NCBI GenBank assembly: GCA_041753015.1
Contig: JBGSVJ010000003.1
Location: forward strand, 371-64,370
From: Anaerolineae bacterium
GTDB lineage: Bacteria; Chloroflexota; Anaerolineae; Aggregatilineales; Phototrophicaceae
Direction: 5' to 3'
DNA: 64,000 nt
Shown here: piece by piece, positions 27,802-37,828 of the stretch
Position numbering within the stretch: position 1 is the stretch's first letter
Layout: every line of letters starts with the position of its first letter
Program-made: the position numbers and the translations under genes
Notes under the pieces: model-generated
Seen by the model: the letters and a program-made list of their open reading frames with translations, nothing else
Databases searched by the model: none
Told to the model about the DNA's origin: nothing

Positions 27802-27914
27802 AGCGCCGCCTTCATCTTGTTGGAATGACCATTGCTGTTAATTATAGCGACGGCGTGCGTGAGGACAATTATCTAGGGTGGTTACAAAGTCATATTCGAT
27901 TCAGTGGCGCATTT

Positions 27915-29036
27915 TTATCCCTGCACAAAGGTCGCGCGGCTGAGTGGACGAGTCCCCAGCCGCGTGAGCATCGCCGCACCCACTCCCGCCGATGTGACCG
28001 CCGCCAGCGTGATCGCCGTGATTACACTGCCGAACGGCAGCAGCGCCAGCAGCGTCAAGACTGCCGAGAGGATCACACTGCCAACCGCCGCGATCAGCAT
28101 GGGCGGCACGCCGCGACTAGAACGGCTGGTGCGCGGCGCGCGACCGATCACGCGTTCGCCTATGACCAATGCCAGCGTCACCCAACCGGAGATCAACAAC
28201 GCAAGCAGGGCGAGTCCCGCCGCGAGATAGACCGGGATCAAGATAAAACCGAGCGGCGGCAGCATAGCGATCAGCACGATGAGCGCCAGTGTCAAGCCGA
28301 TGCCTAAGCCAAAGACTGCTAACCCGACGCCGAAAAGTCGGCGCGGTGTCGTGCGAACAGCATCTTCGATTCGGCTGAATTGGCGCGGGAAGATCGTCAC
28401 CGACAAGCTGGCGATTCCTGCCATGATACCGGTCATCAGCGCACCGATCGTCAACACTGCTGCGGGCGTGATCGCGTTCAAGCTGTCGAGCGCCAGCCCT
28501 TCACGGCGCAGCCGGATCAGCGCTTCGAGCGGCGTAAATGCGGTTTCGTCTTGGCACACAAATTCCAGCAGATTCTCGCTGATGTCCTCGCACACATTCG
28601 GTTCGGTGCTGAACACACTGAGCGGATCAATCGTGATCGATTCGCCTGTGACGGAGAAATCACCGTCAAATCTGCCATTGATGACGATCTTGTTTCCCAT
28701 CATCACCGTGTCGCCGTTGATGTGCGCGCCTGAAAACTGAATATCCGAGGCGGCAATCGCCAGATCGCCGTTGATCACGCCGCTGATCACGACGGTTTCA
28801 CCGACCAGCGAAAGATCGCCGTTGACGATGCTGGCTGCATCGAGCGTGATCCGCGTGCCAAAGACGACTGCATCGCCGTCCAGTGTGTCCGTGAGTTGGT
28901 AATCCTCCTCAAAGATCACGTTGGTCATGTCGAACATCGGCGGCGCGTTCAGCCGGTTGATCCAAACGATCACCGCGACCACCGTCACAACGACGATCAC
29001 GAGCAGCGCCGCTGCGGGGAGTAATTTTCGGCTCAT
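27915..29036 (-). CDS. Bactofilin-like (polymer-forming) beta-helix membrane protein
   Basis: N-terminal TM, repeated (I/V)NGD motifs, multi-TM C-terminus; downstream of ECF/anti-sigma. Confidence 0.7.
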   Translation of the reverse strand: MSRKLLPAAALLVIVVVTVVAVIVWINRLNAPPMFDMTNVIFEEDYQLTDTLDGDAVVFGTRITLDAASIVNGDLSLVGETVVISGVINGDLAIAASDIQFSGAHINGDTVMMGNKIVINGRFDGDFSVTGESITIDPLSVFSTEPNVCEDISENLLEFVCQDETAFTPLEALIRLRREGLALDSLNAITPAAVLTIGALMTGIMAGIASLSVTIFPRQFSRIEDAVRTTPRRLFGVGLAVFGLGIGLTLALIVLIAMLPPLGFILIPVYLAAGLALLALLISGWVTLALVIGERVIGRAPRTSRSSRGVPPMLIAAVGSVILSAVLTLLALLPFGSVITAITLAAVTSAGVGAAMLTRLGTRPLSRATFVQG

Positions 29037-29049
29037 GGGATGTCCTCCC

Positions 29050-29598
29050 CTACGGGTCAACAGCAGGGCGGTTATTCCGCGATGCCCGCCAAATCCAGAA
29101 AAGCGCCGCCGGAACGAGCGTGACGATCACGACGGGGGCTTCAGGGTAGGTTTGCAGCAGCATTTGCGCGCTTTCAACCACGCTGCGCATCGTGTTCGCT
29201 ATCGTCGCCAGCAGACTCACCACTTGAGAAATCAGTGCCGACAGCACCGCCGCATTCCCCAGCGCGCTGATCAGCAGCGACCCCAGAATACCGATCATCG
29301 GCATGAGCGCCAGCGCGACCGCTGCCAGTCCAATCGCCAGCGCTAGGCTTGTAGGGCGCATCATCGTCTGCGATTGCAAGCCCTCCGCCAGCCGTGCCAG
29401 CACCCTGAGCGCCAACCCTTCCGGCGCTTGTTCCATCGGCGCGGTCTTCAAATATCGATCGACCTGCCTGAGTCGGTTATATTCGGCGGCTTGATCGGGG
29501 TCGGTGTCCAGCGACTGCTGAAGCTGTCGCAGCCGTTCTGGAGTCACCTGCTCGTCAAGCGCCTCTTGCATAATCTGCCGCTGCCGTTGATTCGCCAT
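29050..29598 (-). CDS. Putative membrane anti-sigma factor
   Basis: Directly follows the ECF sigma; ALD...AP..L N-terminal helical domain plus TM segments; no HxxxCxxC. Confidence 0.7.
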   Translation of the reverse strand: MANQRQRQIMQEALDEQVTPERLRQLQQSLDTDPDQAAEYNRLRQVDRYLKTAPMEQAPEGLALRVLARLAEGLQSQTMMRPTSLALAIGLAAVALALMPMIGILGSLLISALGNAAVLSALISQVVSLLATIANTMRSVVESAQMLLQTYPEAPVVIVTLVPAALFWIWRASRNNRPAVDP

Positions 29599-29601
29599 CG
29601 C

Positions 29602-30213
29602 CTATGCCTTCTCCAACAGAGGGGTGGTCATCGTGCCGAGCGCCGGTTTCGGGTTGAGTTTTTCCGCCAATAATTGGCGCGCCCGAAACAGACGGCTCTT
29701 GATCGCGCTTTCTGTGGTATCCAGAATATCCGCAATCTCGACATACGAATAGTCGTACCAGTAGCGCAGGACGACCGCCGCTCGATAATCTGGCGGGAGT
29801 TCATTCAAGTGTTTCTGCATCGCCTTGCTTTGCTCCCGCGTGATTGCTACATCTTCCGGTTCCGGGTCATCTTCTCGCAGTGATAGACTGGGCAGCGGCT
29901 CATCAATGCTGAGAAAATGCACCTTTCGACGACGCAAGCGATCAATGCAGTGATTCGACGAGATCGTCAAAAGCCATGTTTTAAACGAACGGGAAGGATC
30001 ATAGCGGTTAAGGTTCAAATAGGCGCGCAAAAACGCTTCCTGCGCCGCGTCTTCTGCCTCACCACGTTCACCGAGCAGCCGATAACACAGGTTGTAGACC
30101 GCGTCTTGGAACGCATACACGAGTTCCGCAAACGCATCTTGATCCCCTTCGACCGCCGCGTTCACCCATTCGAGAATGACGGGATCCGTGGTGTATCCTT
30201 GTTGTTCTGTCAC
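29602..30213 (-). CDS. ECF sigma-70 factor (SigW-like)
   Basis: GDQDAFAELV, AEDAAQEAF, FKTWL, SYVEIA, KSRLFRAR; GTG start after GGGAG. Confidence 0.93.
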   Translation of the reverse strand: MTEQQGYTTDPVILEWVNAAVEGDQDAFAELVYAFQDAVYNLCYRLLGERGEAEDAAQEAFLRAYLNLNRYDPSRSFKTWLLTISSNHCIDRLRRRKVHFLSIDEPLPSLSLREDDPEPEDVAITREQSKAMQKHLNELPPDYRAAVVLRYWYDYSYVEIADILDTTESAIKSRLFRARQLLAEKLNPKPALGTMTTPLLEKA

Positions 30214-30265
30214 AAGAACTCCCCGTACTGCGTGCTGGTTATCACACGCATTCGTCGTCTCATAA

Positions 30266-30292
30266 TACGCATGGGACGGCGCTAAAGTTGCA
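30266..30292 (-). promoter_or_regulatory. Putative autoregulatory ECF promoter
   Basis: TGCAAC-N17-CGTA, close to the SigW consensus TGAAAC-N16/17-CGTA. Confidence 0.6.
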
Positions 30293-30438
30293 CCATCCTG
30301 AAGTATATCATGTCGATTCTCACGATTTTCACGACGGAGGTCACATTTTTGAGACGACGTTACGCGCGGCGTAATAAATGCTTTGGAATTCATGTGTGGT
30401 CACGAATTCATCGTGATAGACCGTCGTTGATGCGCGGA

Positions 30439-30512
30439 ATCAAAAACGGGACACGATCACGCGTGATCATGTCCCGTCGATTAGCGGCTTGTCAACAGAG
30501 AAAGGCTTAACG
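30439..30512. repeat. 74-bp direct repeat copy 1 (contains a minus-strand terminator)
   Basis: 72/74 identical to 31778-31851; hairpin acgggaca.gatca-N4-tgatc.tgtcccgt with a minus-strand T-run. Confidence 0.92.
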
Positions 30513-30523
30513 AGCGCCGCACG

Positions 30524-31762
30524 CTAATCGGTGAGCGCTGCGAGATGTTCGGCGGCTTCACGCCCTGTCGCACCGTTCGGGTCTTTGCCTTGAACGTAGC
30601 GATAAACTTCTGCTCCCGCCGCAGTATTGCCTACCTGTGTCAGTATTTCGGCAAGCGTGTTTAAACTACCCAATACCAATGTCGAAACCGCCGTGTATTG
30701 CGCATACAGTGCATTGATCAATGAGAGCGCTTCTGTCGGTTTGCCTGCCAAGAGTAGTAGTTTTGCGTACCACACATCAAGTGTGAAGTAATCGGGGTCG
30801 GTCAGATTCCTTCGTGCCTGTCTTATATATGTTCTTGCCGCCTCGATTACTTCGATCCCGCGAGGCGCGTACTGCGGGTCTGACAGCCGACCGTAATATG
30901 CTGCTAATCCAAGATAATTGCCGGGAACACGCGGGCGAGGCACGATATGGATTGAGAATTCGAGGAGTGGGAGTGCATCTTGGATGCGTTTTTGCTTCAT
31001 GTACAGGGCGGCGACATTGATGAGCCATAGTGCAATCGCATTAGGATGATTGTTGTAGCAAAACGTCCCCGCCGCCATCTGCCAATAGATCGCCTCGGCG
31101 TGCTCCATATCTCCCTGTAAATAATGGAGCATCGCTTCTGCGCGATGGGTATCAATGTTTCGCATTCGCGTTTTGGCAGCGGCGATCATCGCGTTCGCCT
31201 TTTCGTAATCGCGTTGAGCGGCAATCACGTTCACGATACGCTGAATCCGCTGATTGAACTGCCGGGGTTGAAACTGAAAAATAATAAGGACGGCGACGGC
31301 TGCCCCGCCGGTTAGATAGATGAGGGTGCTTAACCCACCATTTCGGTTGAACAACGTGAGAACAACCATGACGCACAGAAGTACGAAATACGCGCGGCGA
31401 GCGGCGACCACTGCTTTATGAGAGATAGCATTTATGGTGGGCAAATTGGCGTTTGCTTGCACCGCGAATGCGTCAGCGTTCAAGATTTTGAGATGCTCCA
31501 CTGCTGCTTGTTTCCATCGCGCATAGTACCGGCGGTTCAGCATCCATAAGAACAATGCAGCTAGAATGAGCACGCCTAGAATCGCCAGCATTTCTGTAGC
31601 GGAACATCCCCAGAGTTTGCACTGCCTAAAGTCGATGAGGTTTAACGCGATTGCGCCTAAAAAGATAAAGGCTAGCACATACAAACTTGCGCCGAGAACA
31701 GCCCGAAAACGCAGAATACATCCCTGTTTTTGAAGTGCGGTTAAATCGAGTTTGTCGCGCAT
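30524..31762 (-). CDS. Membrane protein with C-terminal TPR-like repeats
   Basis: About four N-terminal TM helices, TPR-like helices (GDMEHAEAIY, DALPLLEFSI, GKPTEAL); GGAGG before ATG; visibly AT-richer than neighbours. Confidence 0.75.
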   Translation of the reverse strand: MRDKLDLTALQKQGCILRFRAVLGASLYVLAFIFLGAIALNLIDFRQCKLWGCSATEMLAILGVLILAALFLWMLNRRYYARWKQAAVEHLKILNADAFAVQANANLPTINAISHKAVVAARRAYFVLLCVMVVLTLFNRNGGLSTLIYLTGGAAVAVLIIFQFQPRQFNQRIQRIVNVIAAQRDYEKANAMIAAAKTRMRNIDTHRAEAMLHYLQGDMEHAEAIYWQMAAGTFCYNNHPNAIALWLINVAALYMKQKRIQDALPLLEFSIHIVPRPRVPGNYLGLAAYYGRLSDPQYAPRGIEVIEAARTYIRQARRNLTDPDYFTLDVWYAKLLLLAGKPTEALSLINALYAQYTAVSTLVLGSLNTLAEILTQVGNTAAGAEVYRYVQGKDPNGATGREAAEHLAALTD

Positions 31763-31777
31763 GTCAGCCTCCATGTG

Positions 31778-31851
31778 ATCAAAAACGGGACACGATCACG
31801 CTTGATCATGTCCCGTCTATTAGCGGCTTGTCAACAGAGAAAGGCTTAACG
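31778..31851. repeat. 74-bp direct repeat copy 2 (terminator after the aminotransferase)
   Basis: Near-identical to 30439-30512. Confidence 0.92.
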
Positions 31852-31859
31852 TCTCACCC

Positions 31860-33203
31860 TTACAGCAGATCGGCTTCCTGCTCCGCCTGTGTGAGCGACG
31901 CCTCGAAGCGTTCCAGCCCTGCTTGCACCGTATCCCGGTCGATCATCAGCGGCGGGCAGAACCGCAGCGAGCTTTCACCCGCGCCGAGGATCAGCAAGCC
32001 GTTATCAATGGCGATGCGCTCCACCCGGTCGCGGATCGGCTTGGCGGGGGTGCGCGCTTCGTCCATCACGAGTTCTGCGCCGACCATCAAGCCGTGACCA
32101 TCGACGCGCCCATGCCGCAGCGATGGGTGATGCGTCTTCATTTCTTCAAGGCATTCCTTGATGTATGCGCCTTGTTCGGCGGCATTCGCCATCATGCCAT
32201 TTTCGACCAGATCAATCGTCGCCAGCGCCGCCGCACACGACACCGGATTTCCGCCGAACGTCGTCCCATGCGCGCCGGGGGGCCATGTCATGATGTGATG
32301 CTTGGCGATGATCGCGCCGAGCGGCATTCCGCTGGCGATCCCTTTCGCGCTGGTGATGATGTCCGGCACAACCCCCGCGTGCTCGATTGCCCACCATTTG
32401 CCCGTGCGCCCGATCCCGCTTTGCACTTCGTCGCTGATTAAGAGGATGCCGTGCTTATCACAAATGTCGCGGAGCTGCTGCACGAAGCGCGGATCGGGAA
32501 CGACGTAGCCGCCTTCACCCTGAATCGGCTCAAGGATGATCGCCGCGACCGAATTGGGCGCACACACCCGCTTGAACAACACCTGTTCGATGTAATCGGC
32601 GCAGTAGCAGTCGGTTGTACACTGCGCCTCGGTGCGCCCGTGTGAGCAGCGATACGGGTTGTTGTACGGCACATGGAACACGCCCGGCACGAGCGGATAG
32701 AAGCCATCGCGCTGCACGTACTTACTCGCCGTTAGCGAGAGCGCGCCCATCGTGCGACCGTGAAACGCGCCGAAGAAGGCGATCACGTTTTGACGCTTGG
32801 TGTACCACTTGGCAACCTTGATCGCGCCTTCGACTGCTTCCGCACCGCTGTTTGAGAAGAAGACGCGGCTTCCGCCTTCCCAAGGGGCAATCGAACTGAG
32901 TTTTTCCGCCAGCCGCACCTGAACTTCGTAATAATAGTCTGTTCCGGCGATATGAATGAATTTTTGCGCCTGATCGGTGATTGCCTTGACCACCTGTGGG
33001 TGACAATGCCCTGTCGCATTGACCGCGATCCCGGCAGCGAAGTCGATATATTCCTGTCCGTCAACATCCCAGACCCGCGCGCCTTCCCCCCGTTCGATCA
33101 CGAACGGATAGCGTGGGGTGATTGAGGCAGACATCACATGGTTGTCGCGCTCAATAAGTGCCTGACTTAAGGCACCCGGACGGATCGTTGTCTCTAAAGT
33201 CAT
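31860..33203 (-). CDS. Class III PLP aminotransferase (GabT/ArgD-like)
   Basis: NSGAEAVE, AFHGRT, EPIQGEGG, DEVQSGIGRTG, SAKG, TFGGNP. Confidence 0.95.
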   Translation of the reverse strand: MTLETTIRPGALSQALIERDNHVMSASITPRYPFVIERGEGARVWDVDGQEYIDFAAGIAVNATGHCHPQVVKAITDQAQKFIHIAGTDYYYEVQVRLAEKLSSIAPWEGGSRVFFSNSGAEAVEGAIKVAKWYTKRQNVIAFFGAFHGRTMGALSLTASKYVQRDGFYPLVPGVFHVPYNNPYRCSHGRTEAQCTTDCYCADYIEQVLFKRVCAPNSVAAIILEPIQGEGGYVVPDPRFVQQLRDICDKHGILLISDEVQSGIGRTGKWWAIEHAGVVPDIITSAKGIASGMPLGAIIAKHHIMTWPPGAHGTTFGGNPVSCAAALATIDLVENGMMANAAEQGAYIKECLEEMKTHHPSLRHGRVDGHGLMVGAELVMDEARTPAKPIRDRVERIAIDNGLLILGAGESSLRFCPPLMIDRDTVQAGLERFEASLTQAEQEADLL

Positions 33204-33339
33204 AGTGTTTCCTTCAATGTTTCGTCAAACTGATACGCGCGATTATAGACTAGCGCCGGAATCGTTCGCAACGTGCGGCGGGCTGTGGTACGCTTGCGCT
33301 CACTGAGCATTCGATCAACCACACACCACGAGAACATCT

Positions 33340-34371
33340 ATGAAACTCCTCCTCCTCGGTTTTGGCACGGTGGGACAGGGCTTCGTTCAAATTCTGCGCG
33401 ATAAAGCCCAAGACCTTGAGAAGCGTTACGGATTCGCGCCGTGTATCGTCGGCGCAGCGACTCGATCACGCGGGACACTCTACTGTGCAGACGGGCTTGA
33501 TCCGGCGGCACTGCTTGAGGCGATCAAGGCGGGCAGTTTGGAACGCTATCCTGAGTCTGCCGGACTTGCGCGCGATTGGAGCGTCGAGCGGCTGATCAGC
33601 GAGAGCGGCGCGGACGTGCTGGTCGATGCGCTCCCAACCGACTTAGCGACGGGCGGTGCGTCGCTCCCGTATGCGTTTGCCGCAATTGACGCGGGAATGC
33701 ACCTCGTGTTTGCGAGTAAAGGCGCAGTCGCCGTTGGTTATGACGATTTGATGCGCCGTTCACGCGCTGCCGGAACGCGCGTCTTATTTGAAGGTTCGGT
33801 GATGGCAGGCACGCCTTCACTGCGCTTGGGGATGCAAGCGCTGGCGGGCTGTACGATCACCGCCGCGCGCGGAATCCTCAACGGGACGACGAATTACATC
33901 CTGACGGCAATGGAGGCGGGACGCTCCTATGCCGACGTGTTGGCGGAAGCGCAGAAACTCGGCTACGCGGAGGCTGATCCGACGGCGGACGTGGACGGCT
34001 GGGATGCGGCGGGCAAAACGATCATCGTTTCGGCGGCGCTGTTCGGCAAGCAGCTCAAGCTCGATCAGATGGATGTGCAGGGGATCAGTCACTTGACGGC
34101 GGCGGACATCGACGCGGCGCGGGCAAGCGGGGAGCGCTGGAAGTTGATCGCGCACGTCACGCCGGAAGGCGGATCGGTCAAGCCGATGCGTCTGCCGCTG
34201 GCGCACCCGCTGGCGGGGGTGAGCGGAACGACGAACGCGATCACGCTGACGACCGATTTGTTAGGCGATGTGACGCTGATCGGCGCGGGAGCAGGCGGGG
34301 TGCAGACCGGATTCGCACTCCTATCTGATCTGATCGATCTACAACGAATCATTTTCAAATCCGATAAATAG
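33340..34371 (+). CDS. hom: Homoserine dehydrogenase (no ACT domain)
   Basis: GFGTVG, GILNGTTNYIL, GYAEADPTADVDGWDAAGK, GAGAG. Confidence 0.93.
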   Translation: MKLLLLGFGTVGQGFVQILRDKAQDLEKRYGFAPCIVGAATRSRGTLYCADGLDPAALLEAIKAGSLERYPESAGLARDWSVERLISESGADVLVDALPTDLATGGASLPYAFAAIDAGMHLVFASKGAVAVGYDDLMRRSRAAGTRVLFEGSVMAGTPSLRLGMQALAGCTITAARGILNGTTNYILTAMEAGRSYADVLAEAQKLGYAEADPTADVDGWDAAGKTIIVSAALFGKQLKLDQMDVQGISHLTAADIDAARASGERWKLIAHVTPEGGSVKPMRLPLAHPLAGVSGTTNAITLTTDLLGDVTLIGAGAGGVQTGFALLSDLIDLQRIIFKSDK

Positions 34372-34423
34372 GTCTATGATCGTCGCAGCAAACTTCAAAG
34401 CTGAAGGGTAGGTAGCACAGCCG

Positions 34424-35569
34424 ATGTTCAAAGCGACCCTGCTGGTTGTGGAAGACGATATTCATCTTCTGGAGGGTATTCGTACTGTTCTGGAGCTGGA
34501 ACAGTACCGCGTCATCACTGCCGAAAATGGTGAACAGGCGCTCAACGTCCTCAACAGCAGCCCAGTTCCGCCTGATCTCATTGTTTCCGACATCATGATG
34601 CCGCGAATGGATGGGATTCAACTGCTCAACGAAGTCCGCAAGAATCAAGCGTGGTTGAGTATTCCATTCATCTTCTTGACGGCGCGGAGTGAAAAGTCGG
34701 ATGTGGTGCGCGGCAAACGACTGGGTGTTGATGAGTATCTCGTCAAACCGTTCGATGCCGATGATCTCCTGCTTGCAATCGAAAGCCGTCTCAAACGCAG
34801 CGAATTGATGCAGCGCGCCCGCACCGAGGAAATCAGCGACTTAAAGCGCAAAATCCTCACCATCTTGAATCACGAATTCCGCACCCCGCTGACATTCCTT
34901 GTTGCGTACACGGACATGTTGAGCGAACAGCAGCAAACGACTCAGCAGCACGGGCAGGGTGACGCCGAAACCGCCGTGTTTTTGCGCGGAATCAATGTCG
35001 GTGCGCTTCGTCTCCGCCGCTTGATTCAGAATTTCATCTATCTGGTGGAAATGGAAACGGGCGATGCGCGCCGCATCTACGAGATGCGCAAGACGCTGAT
35101 CAGTAACATGATGGACTTGCTGCGGAGCGCGCACTCGACCGTATTTTCGCACCAACCGGAGCGCCACTGCACGATTTGGGTTGAAGATGAACTGCCGCCG
35201 CTGATCGGTGATCCCGAATATTTGACGGTCGCCATCGCCCAACTTTTGGATAATGCGGTTAAATTCAGCAAACCGGGTGGAGCGATCATGCTCGGTGCGC
35301 AGCGCATGGGCGGCGAAGTCGTGGTTTGGGTGACGGATCAAGGGCGCGGGATCGAAGAAGCGGAAAAACAGCGCATCTGGGATTCGTTTTACCAGATCAA
35401 CCGCGAACATTATGAAGATCAAGGGGCGGGTTCAGGCTTGGCGATTGTGCGCGGCGTGATCCAGCTTCATAAAGGGCGGATCGATCTGGAAAGCGAGTTT
35501 GGCAAAGGCAGTACGTTTAAGATGTTCCTGCCGATTGCCGAAAGTGCCGTCGCCCCGTTCATCACATGA
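34424..35569 (+). CDS. Hybrid REC-histidine kinase
   Basis: VEDD / DIMMP / KPF receiver domain; HEFRTPL; NAVKFS, DQGRG, GSGLAI. Confidence 0.95.
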   Translation: MFKATLLVVEDDIHLLEGIRTVLELEQYRVITAENGEQALNVLNSSPVPPDLIVSDIMMPRMDGIQLLNEVRKNQAWLSIPFIFLTARSEKSDVVRGKRLGVDEYLVKPFDADDLLLAIESRLKRSELMQRARTEEISDLKRKILTILNHEFRTPLTFLVAYTDMLSEQQQTTQQHGQGDAETAVFLRGINVGALRLRRLIQNFIYLVEMETGDARRIYEMRKTLISNMMDLLRSAHSTVFSHQPERHCTIWVEDELPPLIGDPEYLTVAIAQLLDNAVKFSKPGGAIMLGAQRMGGEVVVWVTDQGRGIEEAEKQRIWDSFYQINREHYEDQGAGSGLAIVRGVIQLHKGRIDLESEFGKGSTFKMFLPIAESAVAPFIT

Positions 35570-35612
35570 CCTAACGGCGTTTTTCTCGCGCTTTGGGTTT
35601 CTTTAGTTCGTG

Positions 35613-35638
35613 CGCGACTTTTATCGCCGCACTGCGTA
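35613..35638 (+). promoter_or_regulatory. Putative ECF promoter of the pspA-like operon
   Basis: CGCGAC-N16-CGTA; spacer resembles that of the sigma gene's own promoter. Confidence 0.45.
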
Positions 35639-35746
35639 TAGATGCATGATTCCAGTGTCCACCCCGCACCAAATGGTGCTGAATATGGTACAGTGGTTAC
35701 GATTGTTGATCCTGCTCATCCGAATCTTCACGTGAGAGAATCGTCT

Positions 35747-36466
35747 ATGGCACCTTCTATCATCGATAAAGTGAACACCCTGATCAGCGCCAGCCTACAC
35801 GGGTTGGTCGACCGCGCCCTTCAGTCGAATTCTGTAGCCGTGATGGATGAGTACATCCGTCAAGTTGAGAGGAATCTGGAAGCGCTTGAAGACTCCGCCG
35901 CGACGATTGGCGGAACGGTTAAGACGCTGAAGCGCAAGCACGATGAATTCGCCAATGCTGCTGACAAGCTCGACCGCGATATCGACACCCTGATCATCAG
36001 CGGCAAGGACTCGCTCGCCGCCGCCGCGCAAGCCGAACTGAACACCAAGCAGCAGCTCGCCCAAGACTACTACGAACAGTGGCAAGACCAAGAAAAGCAG
36101 TATCAGGCGATGCTTGATGCCCGCTTGAAGCTGGAAGCACGCTTGACCACGATCAAGGGCGAACGCGAAAAGATGATCGCGCTGATCGAACTGGTCGAAG
36201 CCAAGAAATCCGTGACCAAGACGATGAAATCGCTCGACCAACTGTCTGGCGTTACCGATGCCGAGATCAGCGGCTTGGCGGATCAGATTCGCGGGCGGTT
36301 GGATCAAGAAGACGCGCGGCTTGATATGGCGACTGCACGCATCAGCGATCAGATCGACGACGCGGTGCGCAGCGGCGAAATCGACCGCCAGTTGGAAGAA
36401 CGCCGTATCCGCCTGTTAGGTAAGCAGCAGGGCGGCGCGTCCTCCAGTAGTTCAGACGCAAGCTAA
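35747..36466 (+). CDS. PspA/IM30 family protein
   Basis: N-terminal amphipathic helix, MDEYIRQVE, GKDSLAAAA, long coiled coil. Confidence 0.8.
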   Translation: MAPSIIDKVNTLISASLHGLVDRALQSNSVAVMDEYIRQVERNLEALEDSAATIGGTVKTLKRKHDEFANAADKLDRDIDTLIISGKDSLAAAAQAELNTKQQLAQDYYEQWQDQEKQYQAMLDARLKLEARLTTIKGEREKMIALIELVEAKKSVTKTMKSLDQLSGVTDAEISGLADQIRGRLDQEDARLDMATARISDQIDDAVRSGEIDRQLEERRIRLLGKQQGGASSSSSDAS

Positions 36467-36480
36467 CGAGAGCAAACGGT

Positions 36481-37308
36481 ATGTCGCAAACAGGTTCAGG
36501 AACGGGCGTGCGTCGGCGCGCCCTCGGTTCGATCATCTCGAACGCGATCTTCCGGTGGGAAAGCCTGATCACAGTCGCTATCACGGGCGTATTGACGGTT
36601 TTTCTGCCGCAAACGGGTATTCCCGGTTGGCAGCCTTGGTTCTGGCTGATCTTGGGTGGGGTGGCGGAGGCGGGTTTCATCATCTCCGCGCTGACCGATC
36701 CGGCAGAACAGGCAGACGCGATCGCGCGTGAGTTCGAGCAGAAGTTCGATATGAACAAGGTCAAAAACCCGGTATCGCGCCAGCGCCTACAATCCGCTTT
36801 GGAGTACCGTCGAAATATGATGGAACTTGCCAAGCGGCACGGCGGTGCGATGCGCGCCAGTATGCAGCAAACCGTCGCGGACGTGAACGACTGGATTTCG
36901 CACATGTACGATCTGGCGCTGCATGTCGATGCGTTCGAGAGCAATGAATTGGTTGAGCGTGATCGCAGAACCGTTCCGCAGCAGTTAGAAAAAGCGCGCC
37001 AGCGCCTCGCCCGCGAGACGGATGAAGCGGTGCGCCGTGATTTGGAAAATCAAATCCAGACGCTTGAGCTTCAACTGCGAAATCTCGAAACGACCGCTAA
37101 CAGCGTCAAACGCGCCGAAATTCAGCTTGACAGCACGCTGTCATCGCTCGGCACGGTGTACGCGCAGATGTCGCTGTTGGGGACGAAAGAAGTGGATAGT
37201 GCCCGCGCGCAGCGTCTCCGCAACGAGATCGCCGATGAAGTGGCGGGCTTGCAAGATACGATCGCCGCGATGGATGAGGTTCAGCAGCAGCGGTTACGGC
37301 TTCAGTAG
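36481..37308 (+). CDS. Two-TM membrane-anchored coiled-coil protein
   Basis: Two N-terminal TM helices, long heptad region; 14 nt after the pspA-like gene. Confidence 0.75.
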   Translation: MSQTGSGTGVRRRALGSIISNAIFRWESLITVAITGVLTVFLPQTGIPGWQPWFWLILGGVAEAGFIISALTDPAEQADAIAREFEQKFDMNKVKNPVSRQRLQSALEYRRNMMELAKRHGGAMRASMQQTVADVNDWISHMYDLALHVDAFESNELVERDRRTVPQQLEKARQRLARETDEAVRRDLENQIQTLELQLRNLETTANSVKRAEIQLDSTLSSLGTVYAQMSLLGTKEVDSARAQRLRNEIADEVAGLQDTIAAMDEVQQQRLRLQ

Positions 37309-37376
37309 GGACAGGGCATGCCCTGTCCTCTTGATTCAACATGATAACAGAAGGACGAGGCATGCCTCGTCCCTAC
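37305..37376. repeat. REPIN-like GTAG REP pair (family A); GTAG supplies the TAG stop
   Basis: gtagggacagggcatgccctgtcc - spacer - ggacgaggcatgcctcgtccctac. Confidence 0.88.
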
Positions 37377-37382
37377 TCTACT

Positions 37383-37721
37383 TTACGACCGCTTCGCTTT
37401 CTCGCCCCGCCGCAGTTTCGCCCCGTCGATCACATTATTGGGATCGTTCGGGCTGACGGTACCAAATTGAATCGCGTCGAGATGTTCCTGCACGATATGG
37501 CGCGGGACGAGTTTCTCAAACACCTTCAACCCCGCCAACACCACGCCTAAATCGTCCAACTGCCCTAAGATCGGCAGAAAATCCGGCACGATATCGATCG
37601 GAAACACGACATACAGCACGCCCAGAAGCGGCAGCGCCTTCAAGAAAACGGGCACGCGCGGGTCTTTCAGAAGCCGCCATGTCAGGCGCACTTGAGTGAT
37701 CAATCCTTCAATCATTGGCAT
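37383..37721 (-). CDS. DUF1232 (YkvA-like) membrane protein
   Basis: LLKDPRVP, YVVFPIDIVPDFLPILGQLDD. Confidence 0.92.
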   Translation of the reverse strand: MPMIEGLITQVRLTWRLLKDPRVPVFLKALPLLGVLYVVFPIDIVPDFLPILGQLDDLGVVLAGLKVFEKLVPRHIVQEHLDAIQFGTVSPNDPNNVIDGAKLRRGEKAKRS

Positions 37722-37783
37722 CACGTCTTTCTCATCGAGAACGACCGGAGGAAATACCGATCTGTCCAACCATTCGATTTGTA

Positions 37784-37810
37784 TACGTGTAGTTGTAATG
37801 CAGGGTTGCG
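37784..37810 (-). promoter_or_regulatory. Putative ECF promoter of the DUF1232 gene
   Basis: CGCAAC-N17-CGTA. Confidence 0.5.
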
Positions 37811-37828
37811 CGCTGCACATCCCCCGAC

